A stretch of DNA of 63,932 bases, filler included, from Octopus bimaculoides (lineage: Eukaryota): assembly GCF_001194135.2 (NCBI RefSeq). It is 8 parts of 5 records of this genome, joined end to end, with 100 filler letters (N's around TTAATTAATTAA, not from the genome) between each part and the next. Parts side by side here need not be neighbours in the genome. Positions count along the whole stretch, not along the records: positions 1 to 15,090 come from NC_068988.1; positions 15,191 to 28,735 come from NC_068996.1; 6 more parts are not named here. The stretch is one strand, 5' to 3'. How positions within the stretch are numbered: the stretch's first letter is position 1; every line of letters starts with the position of its first letter. A program made the position numbers and the translations under genes. Below the pieces are notes generated by a model. The model made no database searches, had not been told where the DNA came from, and saw only the letters and a list, made by a program, of their open reading frames with translations. Positions 13,681 through 25,738 of this stretch are shown here, in pieces.

Positions 13681-14567
13681 TATTGAAGCCAGTTATACAG
13701 ACTGGCAGAATCGGGTACTAGGAGGTGATTTTCCCCGGGTTATACACTCTACTCAGGTCACTAGTATCAGAAAATATTACGTCAGTAATTAATTAGTACT
13801 CAAATTATAATAACATATTTCATGAAAATCTACGACAGTGGTATTTGTTTCAATTAAATTTATATTCCGAAAATTAGTATCTCATTTCATTTATAGTCGT
13901 TCACCATGAAAACAGAAACATTACCTGATACTACCCGCAGTGGTAAAGAATAAAGTAAATATTGCTTACATTACTCGTTATATAACGAGTAACACGCTAG
14001 TGTATGTGTGTGCGTGTATATATATGTGTATGCATANNNNNNNNNNNNNNNNNNNNNNNNNNNNNNNNNNNNNNNNNNNNNNNNNNNNNNNNNNNNNNNN
14101 NNNNNNNNNNNNNNNNNNNNNNNNNNNNNNNNNNNNNNNNNNNNNNNNNNNNNNNNNNNNNNNNNNNNNNNNNNNNNNNNNNNNATATATATATATATAT
14201 ATATATATAAGGAGAGACGAAAGCGAGGGAGAGTGGGAAGAGCGACGATGATTTTTCGGAAAAAAAATTTGTAAACAGCTGCTTTTAATACATTTTTTTT
14301 TCTTTTTACATAGGTTGACTTCCTTATTTCCTTGCTGATGCTGTTTTTTTTTTCCAGCCTTTTTCCGGCAATTATCAAATAAGAAGCGAATACTAAATAC
14401 CCACAGATTAACAAGACAACGAGACACATATATTTACGCGCGCGCACACATACACACACATTCACACACACACATATATATACATGTACATACATATATA
14501 TATGTGTGTGTGTATGTGTGTATAATACCGCTACAGTCTATTATGAGAAGGGAATAAACACAAGGAA

Positions 14568-14646
<79 letters not shown>

Positions 14647-15190
14647 GCCGCAGCAGTAGCAAAGAGGAAATCGGGAACAAGATCAACAATATCAGAAACA
14701 AGAGGGTAAAAAAGGAAGATAAATCTTGTTTTCCGTTTGTTTTGTGTAAAAGAAAAACTAATAACAGCTAAAACGGTTGAAAAAACAAGTTTTAAGGAAA
14801 ACAAACTGGCGTCTATGAAACACAAGCGAGGAACAGAAAACAAATGGCGGACATTGTGATTGTCTGAGGCGCGAAGAGCTTGTGTCAATTGCTGGCAATG
14901 TTTTCAGGAGAAAATCTGGCGGTAGTAGAAACTGTACATGTACACACAACGTGTAGATATCTATAAAGTTATATAGATTTGCAAACATGCTTTTTTCTTT
15001 TATATTTGCTTATATGGGTGCATAGAAATATATGTGTGTGTGTGTGTGTGTGTATATATATGTGTATATATATATATTTATATATATATANNNNNNNNNN
15101 NNNNNNNNNNNNNNNNNNNNNNNNNNNNNNNNNNTTAATTAATTAANNNNNNNNNNNNNNNNNNNNNNNNNNNNNNNNNNNNNNNNNNNN

Positions 15191-15590
15191 ATTTTATAAT
15201 AGTTTTCCTGCTGTATAAGACCCCTGCCACCTTCTGTGCGTTGTATATATAGCCTTTCTATGTCAGATTTTGGGTGGTGCATCATATATCCTGTCATTAT
15301 TTTTCTTGTTTTCTTGTCTATTTTACATAGTTCTTTTAGTGTCCAGTTAAGGATGTTGTAGTTGTAGCTTATAACTGGGACAGCTAAAGTGTTGATACCC
15401 ATTATCTTGTTTTTAGCATTGAGCTCTGTTTTTAGTATTGATCTAACTCGTCTATAGTACTCTTTCTTTATTTTTTCTTTCATTTGTGTATGTTGTATCC
15501 TATCTAGTTCATTGACTCCTAAATACTTATATGGTTGGCTTTCGTCTAGTTCTCTTATTTCATTGGCTTTAAGAATTACATTTTGCAATC
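15191..15590 (-). mobile_element. R4/Dong-like LINE RT/thumb fragment, open frame, truncated by a gap
   Basis: YKYLGVNE...EYYRRVRSILKTELNAKNK...INTLAVPVISY...HHPKSDIERLYIQRTEGGRGL. Confidence 0.92.
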
Positions 15591-16579
15591 ATTGACGAAT
15601 ATAGCATTCTGACAGCGATTTCAAAGCCTACAAATTGCTACCCATCCTCAAAAGAACATTTCCATCATTTGGTTTGAATGCAAAGAATTTTAATAATTTT
15701 GTTTAATAAAAAATCATAGTAGTTGCATACAGTATTTTACAGTGCAAACTTAAAACAAACCCTGTTATGCCTTCTTTCTCTATATCTCTTTGTCATTGCC
15801 TGCCTATCTTTCCTTCTCTCTCTCTGTCTCTCTCTTTCACTCTCTCTCTCTCTCTCACTCTCTCTCTCTCTTTATATATATATATAATACATACATACAT
15901 ATACGCATACATACATGCACACATGCGCATGTACAAAATCGATAAAATGTTTCTAACGGACATTCATAAAATAAAATGTATGACGATTAAAAATTAAAAA
16001 TTAAAATCAAAATTATAATAGAGAAAAATGTTAGCCAAAAGGTATATTCTCGCTATGAAAAAGTAATTATCCAAACAGTTTAGAAACATTAAGTCGACTA
16101 TTATTTTTGCTTTAACAATCTTATTTCGTTTGTAAAATTATTCTTAAACTATTGATTTTTGCTTGTTTTCGTATGTGCTGGTACAAGAGCAACAGAGTTG
16201 TGGAAGTTATTTAGTCAATTAAATTGATCTCAATAGTTGAATTGTGTTCATGTTGTCGACTCCGGAAGGCTAAATAACATACTCAAATCCAAAACAAGGT
16301 TACGTAATTAAATACTACGATTCCTTTCTAGCTAGATACTGACTTAAATACTCAGCCGCATGTTTGTTTATATGCATAAATGTATGCATATCATTTGTGA
16401 GTGGAATTTTGGTGGAAAAAAAACCTTTGATGTATGTTTGCACACACACACACGCGCGCGCAAACAACAGCAACAAAATACATATGGAGAAAATTATATC
16501 CTTATTATAGATCTCACCTTATAAAGCCGATAATTCCATTGCATTAACATATATAAATACAAACACAGACACATACACA

Positions 16580-17496
16580 TACGTGGTCTGATCAATAATT
16601 ATCCGGTTTGCTGCATAGTAACGAAGCTAAAGCACGCAGAGTAAAGCCGCTTGGTACATATTGACCTTCAATTCTGCTGTGCATGCGCACTAAGTTTTAA
16701 CGTTCTTGCTTGCTTTCGCTATTTACAGCAGTGCTTGGAAGGAAGGTTTGTAGCGTGATAATCGCATTAACCATAAAAGAAATAGATAAGCAGACAATCT
16801 ACATCAAATTTGGCCAAAAGCTTGGCGATACCTGCTCAGCGGCCTACGCAAAGTTTTCAAAAAGTTTTCTTCGTTCTCCATACAACCAAGGAGATCTTGT
16901 GCAACTGAAACCCCGAGTGTCTTTTTGGTCAGCTGAAAACAGTTTTGGCACAAACTTGGCAGACACGCGTCTCATACCCCAATCTTCAATGTTAATGGAC
17001 TGAACTGAACTGTAACTTATCTGCACATACTTTGATAACTCATGGATGGTAATTCGACGATTTCCCCTCATAGCTGCACGTACATCTGCAATATTTTTCT
17101 CAGTTTTCCAAGAACGTTCGTCAATATCGACATTTTTTCAGTTATCTTGGACGGCACTTCTAGACTTGTGTACGGCTCATACACTCCTCTCCAACTGCAA
17201 CTTTGCGTAGAGTTCTTAGCAGATATCGCCATGACACCTTTCTCTGCCATTATGAATGCCACGATCACATACTACATATGTTTCTTCCAAGCACTGCTGG
17301 AAACATCGGAAGTGAGCTACAACGTTAAAACATAGTGCGCATGCACAACAAAGTTCAAAAGTTAATTGTTGTCGAGCAGCTTTACTCTGTGTACTATAGC
17401 TTCGTTACTATGGCAACATACATATGGATACTCGGTGTGCTTTATCTTCGTTACTATGGCAACATACTTATGGATACTTATTGATTAGACCTCTTA
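16580..17496. mobile_element. mariner-type element made of two transposase 5' ends in inverted orientation
   Basis: TA-flanked TIRs (tacgtggtctgatcaataattatcc / rc taagaggtctaatcaataagtatcc). The + strand gives QTIYIKFGQKLGDTCSAAYAKF; the - strand gives NRRITIHELS...GMRRVSAKFVPKLFSADQK. Confidence 0.85.
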
Positions 17497-17714
17497 CGTA
17501 CTTGATTATATATGTGTATAATGATAGTTCTTTTATGCTAAGTTCTTTTATCTTTATCTTTTACTTGTTTCAGCCATTAGACTGCGGCCATACTAATGCA
17601 CCGCCTTGAGGAAGTTTTAGTGGAATGAATCGACCCATGTACTTACGTGTTTTGTTTTTCCTTACTTACATTATTTACATTTGACGGATATTTGTGCTCA
17701 TCTTGTTTGTTGTT

Positions 17715-17760
17715 AACACAACGTTTCGGCTGATATACTCTCCAGCCGTCATCAGGTGTC
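17715..17760 (-). ncRNA. minimal type I hammerhead ribozyme (PLE-type, probably active as a dimer)
   Basis: Minus strand: GACAC-CUGAUGA-C-GGCUG-(10 nt)-CAGCC-GAAA-CG-UU-GUGUU. Stem I is 5 bp, stem II is 5 bp, the stem III region AACGUU is palindromic, cleavage triplet GUU. Confidence 0.75.
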
Positions 17761-17968
17761 TTGGGGAAATTTCGAACCTGGGCTGTCATTCCTTAACCAC
17801 TACGCCATATGTCGTGGGTATATGGCGTAGTGGTTAAGAGCGCGGGCTACTAACCCCAAGATTCCGAGTTCGATTCCAGGCAGTGACCTGAATAATAATA
17901 ATAATATTAATAATAATAACATCGAAAAATATGTTAGGAAAGAGAACCCAAGTTCAAAATTTCCCCAA

Positions 17969-18014
17969 GACACCTGATGAAGGCTGGAGGGTATATCAGC
18001 CGAAAAGCTGTGTT
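17969..18014 (+). ncRNA. second copy of the hammerhead motif with mutated stem III/cleavage site
   Basis: GACAC-CUGAUGA-A-GGCUG-(10 nt)-CAGCC-GAAA-AGCU-GUGUU; U16.1 is replaced by C, so probably inactive. Confidence 0.55.
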
Positions 18015-18595
18015 AACAACAAACAAGATGAGGACAAATATCCGTCAAATGTAAATAATGTAAATAATTCCTCATCACTTAAATACAGAACTGTATTTGG
18101 TTTTCCTATTGGTTAAGCCTGATATTTATTCTATTAGGTTCTTTTGCCGAACCGCTAATATTACGGGGACGTAAATATACCAATACCGGTTGTCAAGCGG
18201 TGGTGGTGGACAAAAACAGACACAAAGACACACACACATATGATGGGTATCTGCTAGTTTCCGCTTACACACAGAGTTTCCGTCTACCAAATCCACTCAC
18301 AAGGCTTTGGTCGAGTCGAGGCTATAATAGAAGACACTTGCCAAGGTGCCGTACGCTGAATCCGGAACCATGTGATTGGAAAGCAAGCTTCTTGCCACGT
18401 AGTCACGCCTGCGCCTAAATAAAAAAAAAGCTATTTAAAAAACAATATAACATTCAGGTAATGGATTACACAGTATCTTTTGTTAGAGTACATATTAACT
18501 TCTGCAAAGAAATGTTCGATAGTGACTTCGAAGTAAGCACCTATTCCACATAAAAGCTAATACATACATACAAACACACGCGCACGCTCACGCAA

Positions 18596-18633
<38 letters not shown>

Positions 18634-19599
18634 ATGCAAATGTATCTATAAATATTTATAAATATATATCCATACACAGACACACACACACATATATATA
18701 TATATGTATACACATGCACGCACGCACACACACATACACAAACATACACACATATACGCGTGTCTACCTGTGTGATTGAGTGTGTCTGCCCGTATTTTTA
18801 CTTACCTGCGTATGCACGCGTACCTGTATCGAGGTAAATCAGTACATCGATTAAAAAGTCTTCTTGTGATATTTTCAGTATTTTGTGACGTATCTTTCTT
18901 TATCGAAGAAGGACTTAGCCATTCAATAAACAAACGATCGATGAAACAAACATTAGTCAATGAGTACAAGAGTCGATAATAATCGACGCTAAAAAAACAA
19001 AAAAAAAAACAAAAAGAAAAAAACAAAACAAATAAATGTCTCTTGAAGGCCGTGCCTTAGATTGACTTCAATCCAAAGATTAAAACCATTAAATGAAGAA
19101 AGGAATATAATAATAACTTCGTTGTCTTTTATTCATTAAAACCATTTTCGTGTTCCGTTATTTGCTACAGCTGTTTTCTTAGCAATGAAATCATTTATTT
19201 TTTTTCAAACATTTGATCAATCGTACATTTTCTTATTCCAACAAATGTACTTTGCCATAAGCAACTGTTGTATACACCGTTAACAGCATCTCCTATTTGG
19301 AGCAGACAACAAGTAATGAAATTGATTCATAAGTTGTTGTTGTTGTTGTTGTTGTTGTGTTCTTGTTATAATTGTAGTTGTTTTATATTGAGGTCAGTTC
19401 TGATTTTATTTCCAGAACTATATTATTCAACTGACTTTCGTTTCTATCGTTTGTTTTTTTAAGACAATTTCAAGTAGATTTGGTTGTTATTTCATGTATG
19501 ACACGTAACGGAATAAGGGATTCATTATTATAGGTTACTTCTATTAGTCAAAACTGTCGATTTAGCACATGGTCAAGAACCTCTCTGGCAACGGAGATA

Positions 19600-20037
19600 T
19601 TTTCCCAATAAATCAATAATGTACTTTGTATGTTATTCCAAACATTGTTATTAGTTTTCGCTGTAGGCTCCTCATCTGAGATGCAACATACTGTGACCTT
19701 TTCTAGCGGCAGCTGGGTGTGGTCACCTACCAGCCGGGCTCCAATGCTCGTCAAGCTGAGGAAGGCAAACAGCGAAGGTGTCGGTCACTCACCGACAGGT
19801 TTATGGTCAAACTTTTGGTATTGGAGATCTCCGGCGTTCTTGGCCGTCCCCCCAGACCATATCCCTGCTCACTGCTATCGGGCAGAGAGTTATGTCAACA
19901 AGAGCGATCCCCGTGAGTCAGAGTGGCTGTTTCAGCGCAACTCCCTCGCCGTTCTACGAGGGAACACTCTTTCTCTTTTATCTGTTTGGACCAAGAAGCA
20001 GTCTGAATTACAGAAAATTGTGTGCTCCACTCTTTAA
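19600..20037 (+). mobile_element. CRE/SLACS-like non-LTR retrotransposon C-terminal REL domain remnant
   Basis: Across frames: LI*DATYCDLF (WDATCxDTF), QPGSNARQAEEGKQRRCRSL...VLEISGVLG (GxAAxxAExxKxxKY...ETxGVLG), ESEWLFQRNSLAVLRGNTLSLL (LFQRLSxAVxRGN). Confidence 0.75.
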
Positions 20038-20047
20038 TATAGAGTTA

Positions 20048-20109
<62 letters not shown>

Positions 20110-20279
20110 NNNNNNNNNNNNNNNNNNNNNNNNNNNNNNNNNNNNNNNNNNNNNNNNNNNNNNNNNNNNNNNNNNNNNNNNNNNNNNNNNNNNNNNNNNN
20201 NNNNNNNNNNNNNNNNNNNNNNNNNNNNNNNNNNNNNNNNNNNNNNNNNNNATATATATATATATATATATATACAGTT

Positions 20280-20430
20280 TAAATTTATAGAAAAACAAAA
20301 GACGAAGACAGATGTATGAAGAACAAGCAGGTATTTGTTTGATGCTCTGGAAAGTGAGAAAGTCTTCTACTTTTCGAGCCTACGCTCTTCAACAGAAAGG
20401 AATAAAAGAAAATAAACAGAGAGAATATAC
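20280..20430 (-). mobile_element. PLE-type 3' tail fragment with degenerate CUGUUGA hammerhead (20364-20399)
   Basis: Reverse complement aligns to 30180-30310. Confidence 0.7.
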
Positions 20431-20496
20431 AGAAAAGGTTGTGGATTTAGCGATTCAAGCATGGTAACTACATGGCAACTAGTTATATATATATAA

Positions 20497-20842
20497 GGCG
20501 CATGGCTCAGTGGTTAGATCATCGGGCTTACAATCATGAGGTAGTGAGTTCGATTCCCGGACCAGGTTGTGTGTTGTGTTCTTGAGAAAAACACTTTATT
20601 TCACGTTGCTCCAGTTCACCCAGCTTTAGAAACGAGCTACGATGTCACTGGTGCCAAGCTGTATCGGCCTTTATTTTTCCCTTGGATAACATCAGTGACG
20701 TTGAGAGGGGAGGCTAATATGCATGGGCGATTGCTGGTCTTCCATAAAAAACAACCTTGCCCAGACTTGTGCCTCGGAAGATAACTTTTTAGGTGCAATC
20801 CCAGGGTCATTCATGACCGAAGAGGGTCTTTACTTTTTACCT

Positions 20843-20843
<1 letters not shown>
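20497..20843 (+). mobile_element. tRNA-derived SINE, family D (CORE-like central motif)
   Basis: ggcgcatggctcagtggttag (A box), gagttcgattcc (B box), tcttgagaaaaacactt...ccagttcacccagc; ends in (cttttta) repeats. Confidence 0.8.
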
Positions 20844-20875
<32 letters not shown>

Positions 20876-21305
20876 AACAAATAAAGAATTTTGAAATGAG
20901 TTTATTTCTCGTTAGTTTTCCTCGTCACATTCACCGGCCTTTATGGAAATTAGTCAGGCTATAAATGTATTCCGTGCCTTTCTTTTATATGTATATAATT
21001 ATCGCGTTTGCAGACGCCAAAGTACCACAATTGATGACATCTGTTGAAGCAGAAACACATGTCCTCAGCTTTCTTCTATTTTTCAGACAATCAAAGTGTC
21101 TTACCTCTCTTTCGCATTTGGAGTTGGTGGTAAATGCCACCAAGCGATCATTCTACCCTCTCTGAAAGCATGCATACCTATATACATACATTCACAAACA
21201 TACATATATACACACACATGCATACATACATACATACATACATACATACATGAGCGTGCGTAGTGTGAGTATATGTATGAATCATGACTACATAAGCACA
21301 ACAAC

Positions 21306-21460
21306 AGGTATGGCTGTGTGGTAAAAAGTTTGTTTCTCAACCACATGGTTCTGGGTTTAGTCCCACTGCATGGCACCTTTAGCAAGTGTCTTTTATAGCC
21401 CCAGGCCAACCAAAGACGTATGAGCGAATTTCGTCAACGTAAACTGAATGAAGGCCGTCC
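21306..21460 (+). mobile_element. SINE family A, 5' half
   Basis: tggctgtgtggtaa...gtcccactgcatggcacc...ggccaaccaaag. Confidence 0.85.
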
Positions 21461-21497
21461 CTTGTGTTAGTGTATCTCTCTCTTTTTCTCTCTCTCG

Positions 21498-21814
<317 letters not shown>

Positions 21815-22378
21815 AAATTGGTTTTATTAGAACTGAACATAAAAACAAACATTAATAAACATATGTGTGGGCGCACGTATGTGTGTGCGTGTGCGTATGT
21901 TATGACTAAATGAATGTGAGGAGATCATTATGAAATGCATATTATATAATGGATTCGAATACATCGTTCTCGTTGAAGTCTTCATAAATAATATTTGATA
22001 AGTCAAGCAATTGGAAATCATGGAATAAATATAATACAAGTACGTTTATTCTCCGCTTATTAATATCATATATGTATATCATTTACTCTGTCCATAAACA
22101 GAAATGTATGACAACAACTTTGCTTATATGTACGACTTCAATGTAGTTTATATAAAGTTATTACATTTAACCTACGCAATTGCTAACCAGTTTTTGGCGT
22201 AAGAAGATCAGGACTATATTACTAGTATTATCCTGTTCAATTTGTAAAATTAGAAATTTAATCAAACTAAATTAGTACAACATAACCGATCCAATCCTAT
22301 CACCTAATCAGAAATTAGCAACAAGAAAATACACGAATATTTTAATAAAAAATACTTAAATTGTAAATGTAACTCACG

Positions 22379-22464
<86 letters not shown>

Positions 22465-22492
22465 GTCTGTCTGTCTGTCCGTCTCTCCCCCC

Positions 22493-22526
<34 letters not shown>

Positions 22527-22965
22527 GACATATCCGTGAATTTGCGTGTGAATATATATGTATGAGTGTATACATACATGTATTGATACGTATGTATATG
22601 TATGTATGCATGTATGTATTTTATGTATGTATGTACGTATGTACGTATGTATGCTTTTTTATTTGCGTATGTAGCCAGGCACGTATATTCGATGGTGCGC
22701 CAGAAATACTCTTATCCGATCATTCAGATGCATTACATACTCGCCCACCCGCACATTCACCAACTTCTAAGGTCATATAATGTGACCTCTGTCCCCACAG
22801 TCGTGTTGGCGACTGCCTCCGATGTCTTATCTGCACCTGTTTACGTTTGTGGTTAGGAAGAACCTGGATCTCAACCCACCACTTATTCCGTTCCCTCATT
22901 TTCCTCCTGCTAGCCTTGTACCTCTATATTATTTAAAGAAAGTATCCTGGCCGTGTACCCCTAAA

Positions 22966-23750
22966 CAAGTGTTTCTCAACCATTTACTACCTATGGACCC
23001 CTTTGATTCTTATTTTATGTAGATAGACCCTCCTAGCCATCCGATGTTTTAAAATCCCATATTTTAATAATTGAATATTATTAGGAATTATATACTCTTT
23101 TACTCTTTTACTCTTTTACTTGTTTCAGTCATTTGACTGCGGCCATGCAGGAGCACCGCCTTTAGTCGAGAATTCGACCTCAGAACTTATTCTTTGTAAA
23201 CCTAGTACTTATTCTATCAGTCTCTTTTTGCCGAACCGCTAAGTTACGGGAATGTAAACACACCAGCATCGGTTGTCAAGCGATCTTGGGGGGACAAACA
23301 CAGACACACAAACATATACACACACATACATATAAAAATATACGACGGGCTTCTTTCAGTTTCCGTATACTAAATCCACTCATAAGGCTTTGGTCAGCCC
23401 GAGGCTATAGTAGAAGACTCTTGCCCAAGGTGCCACGCAGTGGGACTGAACCCAGAACCATGTGGTTTGTAAGCAAGCTACTTACCACACAGCCACTCCT
23501 ACGCCTCAACCATTTGCTACTTATGGACCCCTTTGATTCTTATCTTATGCGGATAGACCCTCCTAGCCATCCGATATTTTAAAACCCTATAATATTTTAA
23601 TAATTGAATATTATTAGGAATTATATACAACAACAAAAAAAGACTTAAAATACTTTATGTATTGTATAAATATAACCAAGATTTGCAAATAAACTTCAAC
23701 AACAAAATCTCATATGGACCCCCCAAGGGCCATATGGATCACAGCTCTAA
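22966..23750. mobile_element. hAT-like MITE (same family as 57456-58021, opposite orientation) interrupted by a SINE
   Basis: The end caagtgtttctcaacc resembles the CAGTGTTTCTCAACC TIR; internal ggacccctttgattcttat...ctcctagccatcc is the rc of ~57930-57985. Confidence 0.7.
23095..23505 (-). mobile_element. near full-length SINE family A flanked by a ~120-bp direct duplication
   Basis: Tail (tactctttt)n at 23095, head ...gccactcctacgcc at 23505; 22975-23095 is repeated at 23505-23628. Confidence 0.92.
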
Positions 23751-23976
23751 ACCATTTAAGTGAAGTGATTGCATGTTTGTGACTTGTATTTCTCGTCTAC
23801 CTGAGGGAGTGTTCGGTCTTGATTTTGCACGCAGCTCGTACGAGTTGCATTTATGAATTGCATTTATTGTATGGTATCATTAATTAATTACCCAATACTG
23901 AAATATATGTAAGAGATGAAATAAAGGAACGCCAAATTCAAGCCCAAATTCTTTTCTCACATTATTGACGTGGTCT

Positions 23977-24520
23977 TTATATTATGTTATAGCCCTCCTC
24001 TGATCGCATAGAAACCAGTGTGATCAGGCAACGGTGGGAATTTAATGAGATTAACAATAAGGGGCGAAACCTGAAAGGTAAAACTATCGGCAACTGAGCG
24101 TATCCATCTCTACTTGCGTGTACGTATGTATGTATGTGTGTGTGTGCGTGTATGCATGGATGGATAGCTGGATGTGGGTATGTATGAAGGTAAGTATGGA
24201 TGTATGTATGTGTGTATGTATGCATGTATGCATGTATGTATGCATGTATGTATGTATGCATGTATGTATGCATGTATGCTTGCATGTATGCAGGCATGTA
24301 TGCATGTATGTATGTATGTCTGAATGTGTGTGTATGCATGTATGTATGTGTGTATGTATGTGTGTATGTGTGTATGTATGCATGTATGTATGTATGCATG
24401 CCTGTATGTATGTATGCATGCCTGTATGTATGTATCCATGTATGCATGTATGCATGCAAGAATGTATGTATGTTTGCATGTATGTATATATATGTATGTA
24501 TATATATGCATGTATGCATT
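23977..24520. repeat. compound (TATG)/(CATG)/(TG) low-complexity repeat
   Basis: Directly visible from ~24110; source of the MYVC/HTYI ORFs. Confidence 0.9.
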
Positions 24521-24925
24521 GCGTTATATCAAAACGGTAAAGTCTTGAAACAGAACACGTCAGAATATTGGATGAATGGGATCTAAAATTTTGAGATACA
24601 CCTCACGAGTCTAACGGCCTTGAACTTAAATGTCCTTGCTACCCTCACCCCCGGCTACAAAAAAAGAAGGGCTGCTTGGTTTAAGACGAAACAATGACAT
24701 GAACAACACCAACAACTACTTTGTTTTATTGGTACTTATAGGGCGAATTAACTGTTTGGAGGCGCATTTGTTAGGCGGGTAGTTGAGCTGCAGAAAATGC
24801 AGGTATGTCTCTTCTCTACCGAGTCGAAATCTATCGTGTTCGTACAGAAAAAACGGTTACACTGGACCACTAACGACACACGGGACAACTAATGCTGTTT
24901 GAGAAAAATAAAATAAATAAATAAA

Positions 24926-25738
24926 GGCGCAGGAGTGGCTGTGTGGTAAGTAGCTTGCTTACCAACCACATGGTACCGGGTTCAGTCCCACTGCGTGGCA
25001 CCTTGGGCAAGTGTCTTCTACTATAGCCTCGAGCCGACCAAAGCCTTGTGAGTGGATTTGGTAGATAGAAACTGAAAGAAACTCATCGTATATATATNNN
25101 NNNNNNNNNNNNNNNNNNNNNNNNNNNNNNNNNNNNNNNNNNNNNNNNNNNNNNNNNNNNNNNNNNNNNNNNNNNNNNNNNNNNNNNNNNNNNNNNNNNN
25201 NNNNNNNNNNNNNNNNNNNNNNNNNNNNNNNNNNNNNNNNNNNNNNNNNNNNNNNNNNNNNNNNNNNNNNNNNNNNNNNNNNNNNNNNNNNNNNNNNNNN
25301 NNNNNNNNNNNNNNNNNNNNNNNNNNNNNNNNNNNNNNNNNNNNNNNNNNNNNNNNNNNNNNNNNNNNNNNNNNNNNNNNNNNNNNNNNNNNNNNNNNNN
25401 NNNNNNNNNNNNNNNNNNNNNNNNNNNNNNNNNNNNNNNNNNNNNNNNNNNNNNNNNNNNNNNNNNNNNNNNNNNNNNNNNNNNNNNNNNNNNNTATATA
25501 TATATATATATGCATGTGTGTATATGTTTGTGTGTTTGTGTTTGTCACCTCAAACATCGCTTGACAACCAATGGTGGTGTTTACGTCCCCGTAACTTAGC
25601 GGTTCAGCAAAAGAGACCGATACAATAAGTACAAGGCTTACAAAGAATAAGTCCTGGGGTCGATTTGCTCGACTAAAGGCGGTGCTCCAGCATGGCCACA
25701 GTCAAATGACTGAAACAAGTAAAAGAGTAAAAGAGTAA
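24926..25738 (+). mobile_element. full-length SINE family A with an assembly gap in its internal (TA)n
   Basis: Head ggcgcaggagtggctgtgtggtaag, gggttcagtccc; tail gtaaaagagtaaaagag; flanked by taaataaata on both sides. Confidence 0.92.

Larger units (their letters stand above)
17666..18094. mobile_element. tRNA-headed SINE-like element (+, ~17815-18094) with an inverted, internally deleted partner (-, 17666-17810); PLE-type tail
   Basis: A box TGGCGTAGTGG, B box GAGTTCGATTCC, anticodon-like loop ctactaa. The 3' ~130 bp and the 19-bp head are both repeated in inverted orientation to the left. Confidence 0.8.
17543..18415 (-). mobile_element. SINE family A interrupted by the 17666-18094 insertion
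   Basis: Tail 17543-17646 and body/head ~18105-18415 (…cacgcctgcgcc) are collinear with the family. Confidence 0.8.

Noticed and set aside
14835-14860. CAAATGGCGG YY1-like motif; also TGCGCATG at ~7464
   Set aside because: Isolated short motifs with no adjacent exon evidence.
15135-15146. TTAATTAATTAA islands inside N-runs (also 28780, 35081, 43266, 55569, 60844, 62723)
   Set aside because: An identical 12-mer centred in gaps, with stops in all six frames: a scaffolding pad, not biological sequence.
17815-17890. Functional tRNA gene (Ser-like)
   Set aside because: No proper acceptor stem, no variable arm or T-terminator; it continues into a repeat tail, so it is a SINE head.
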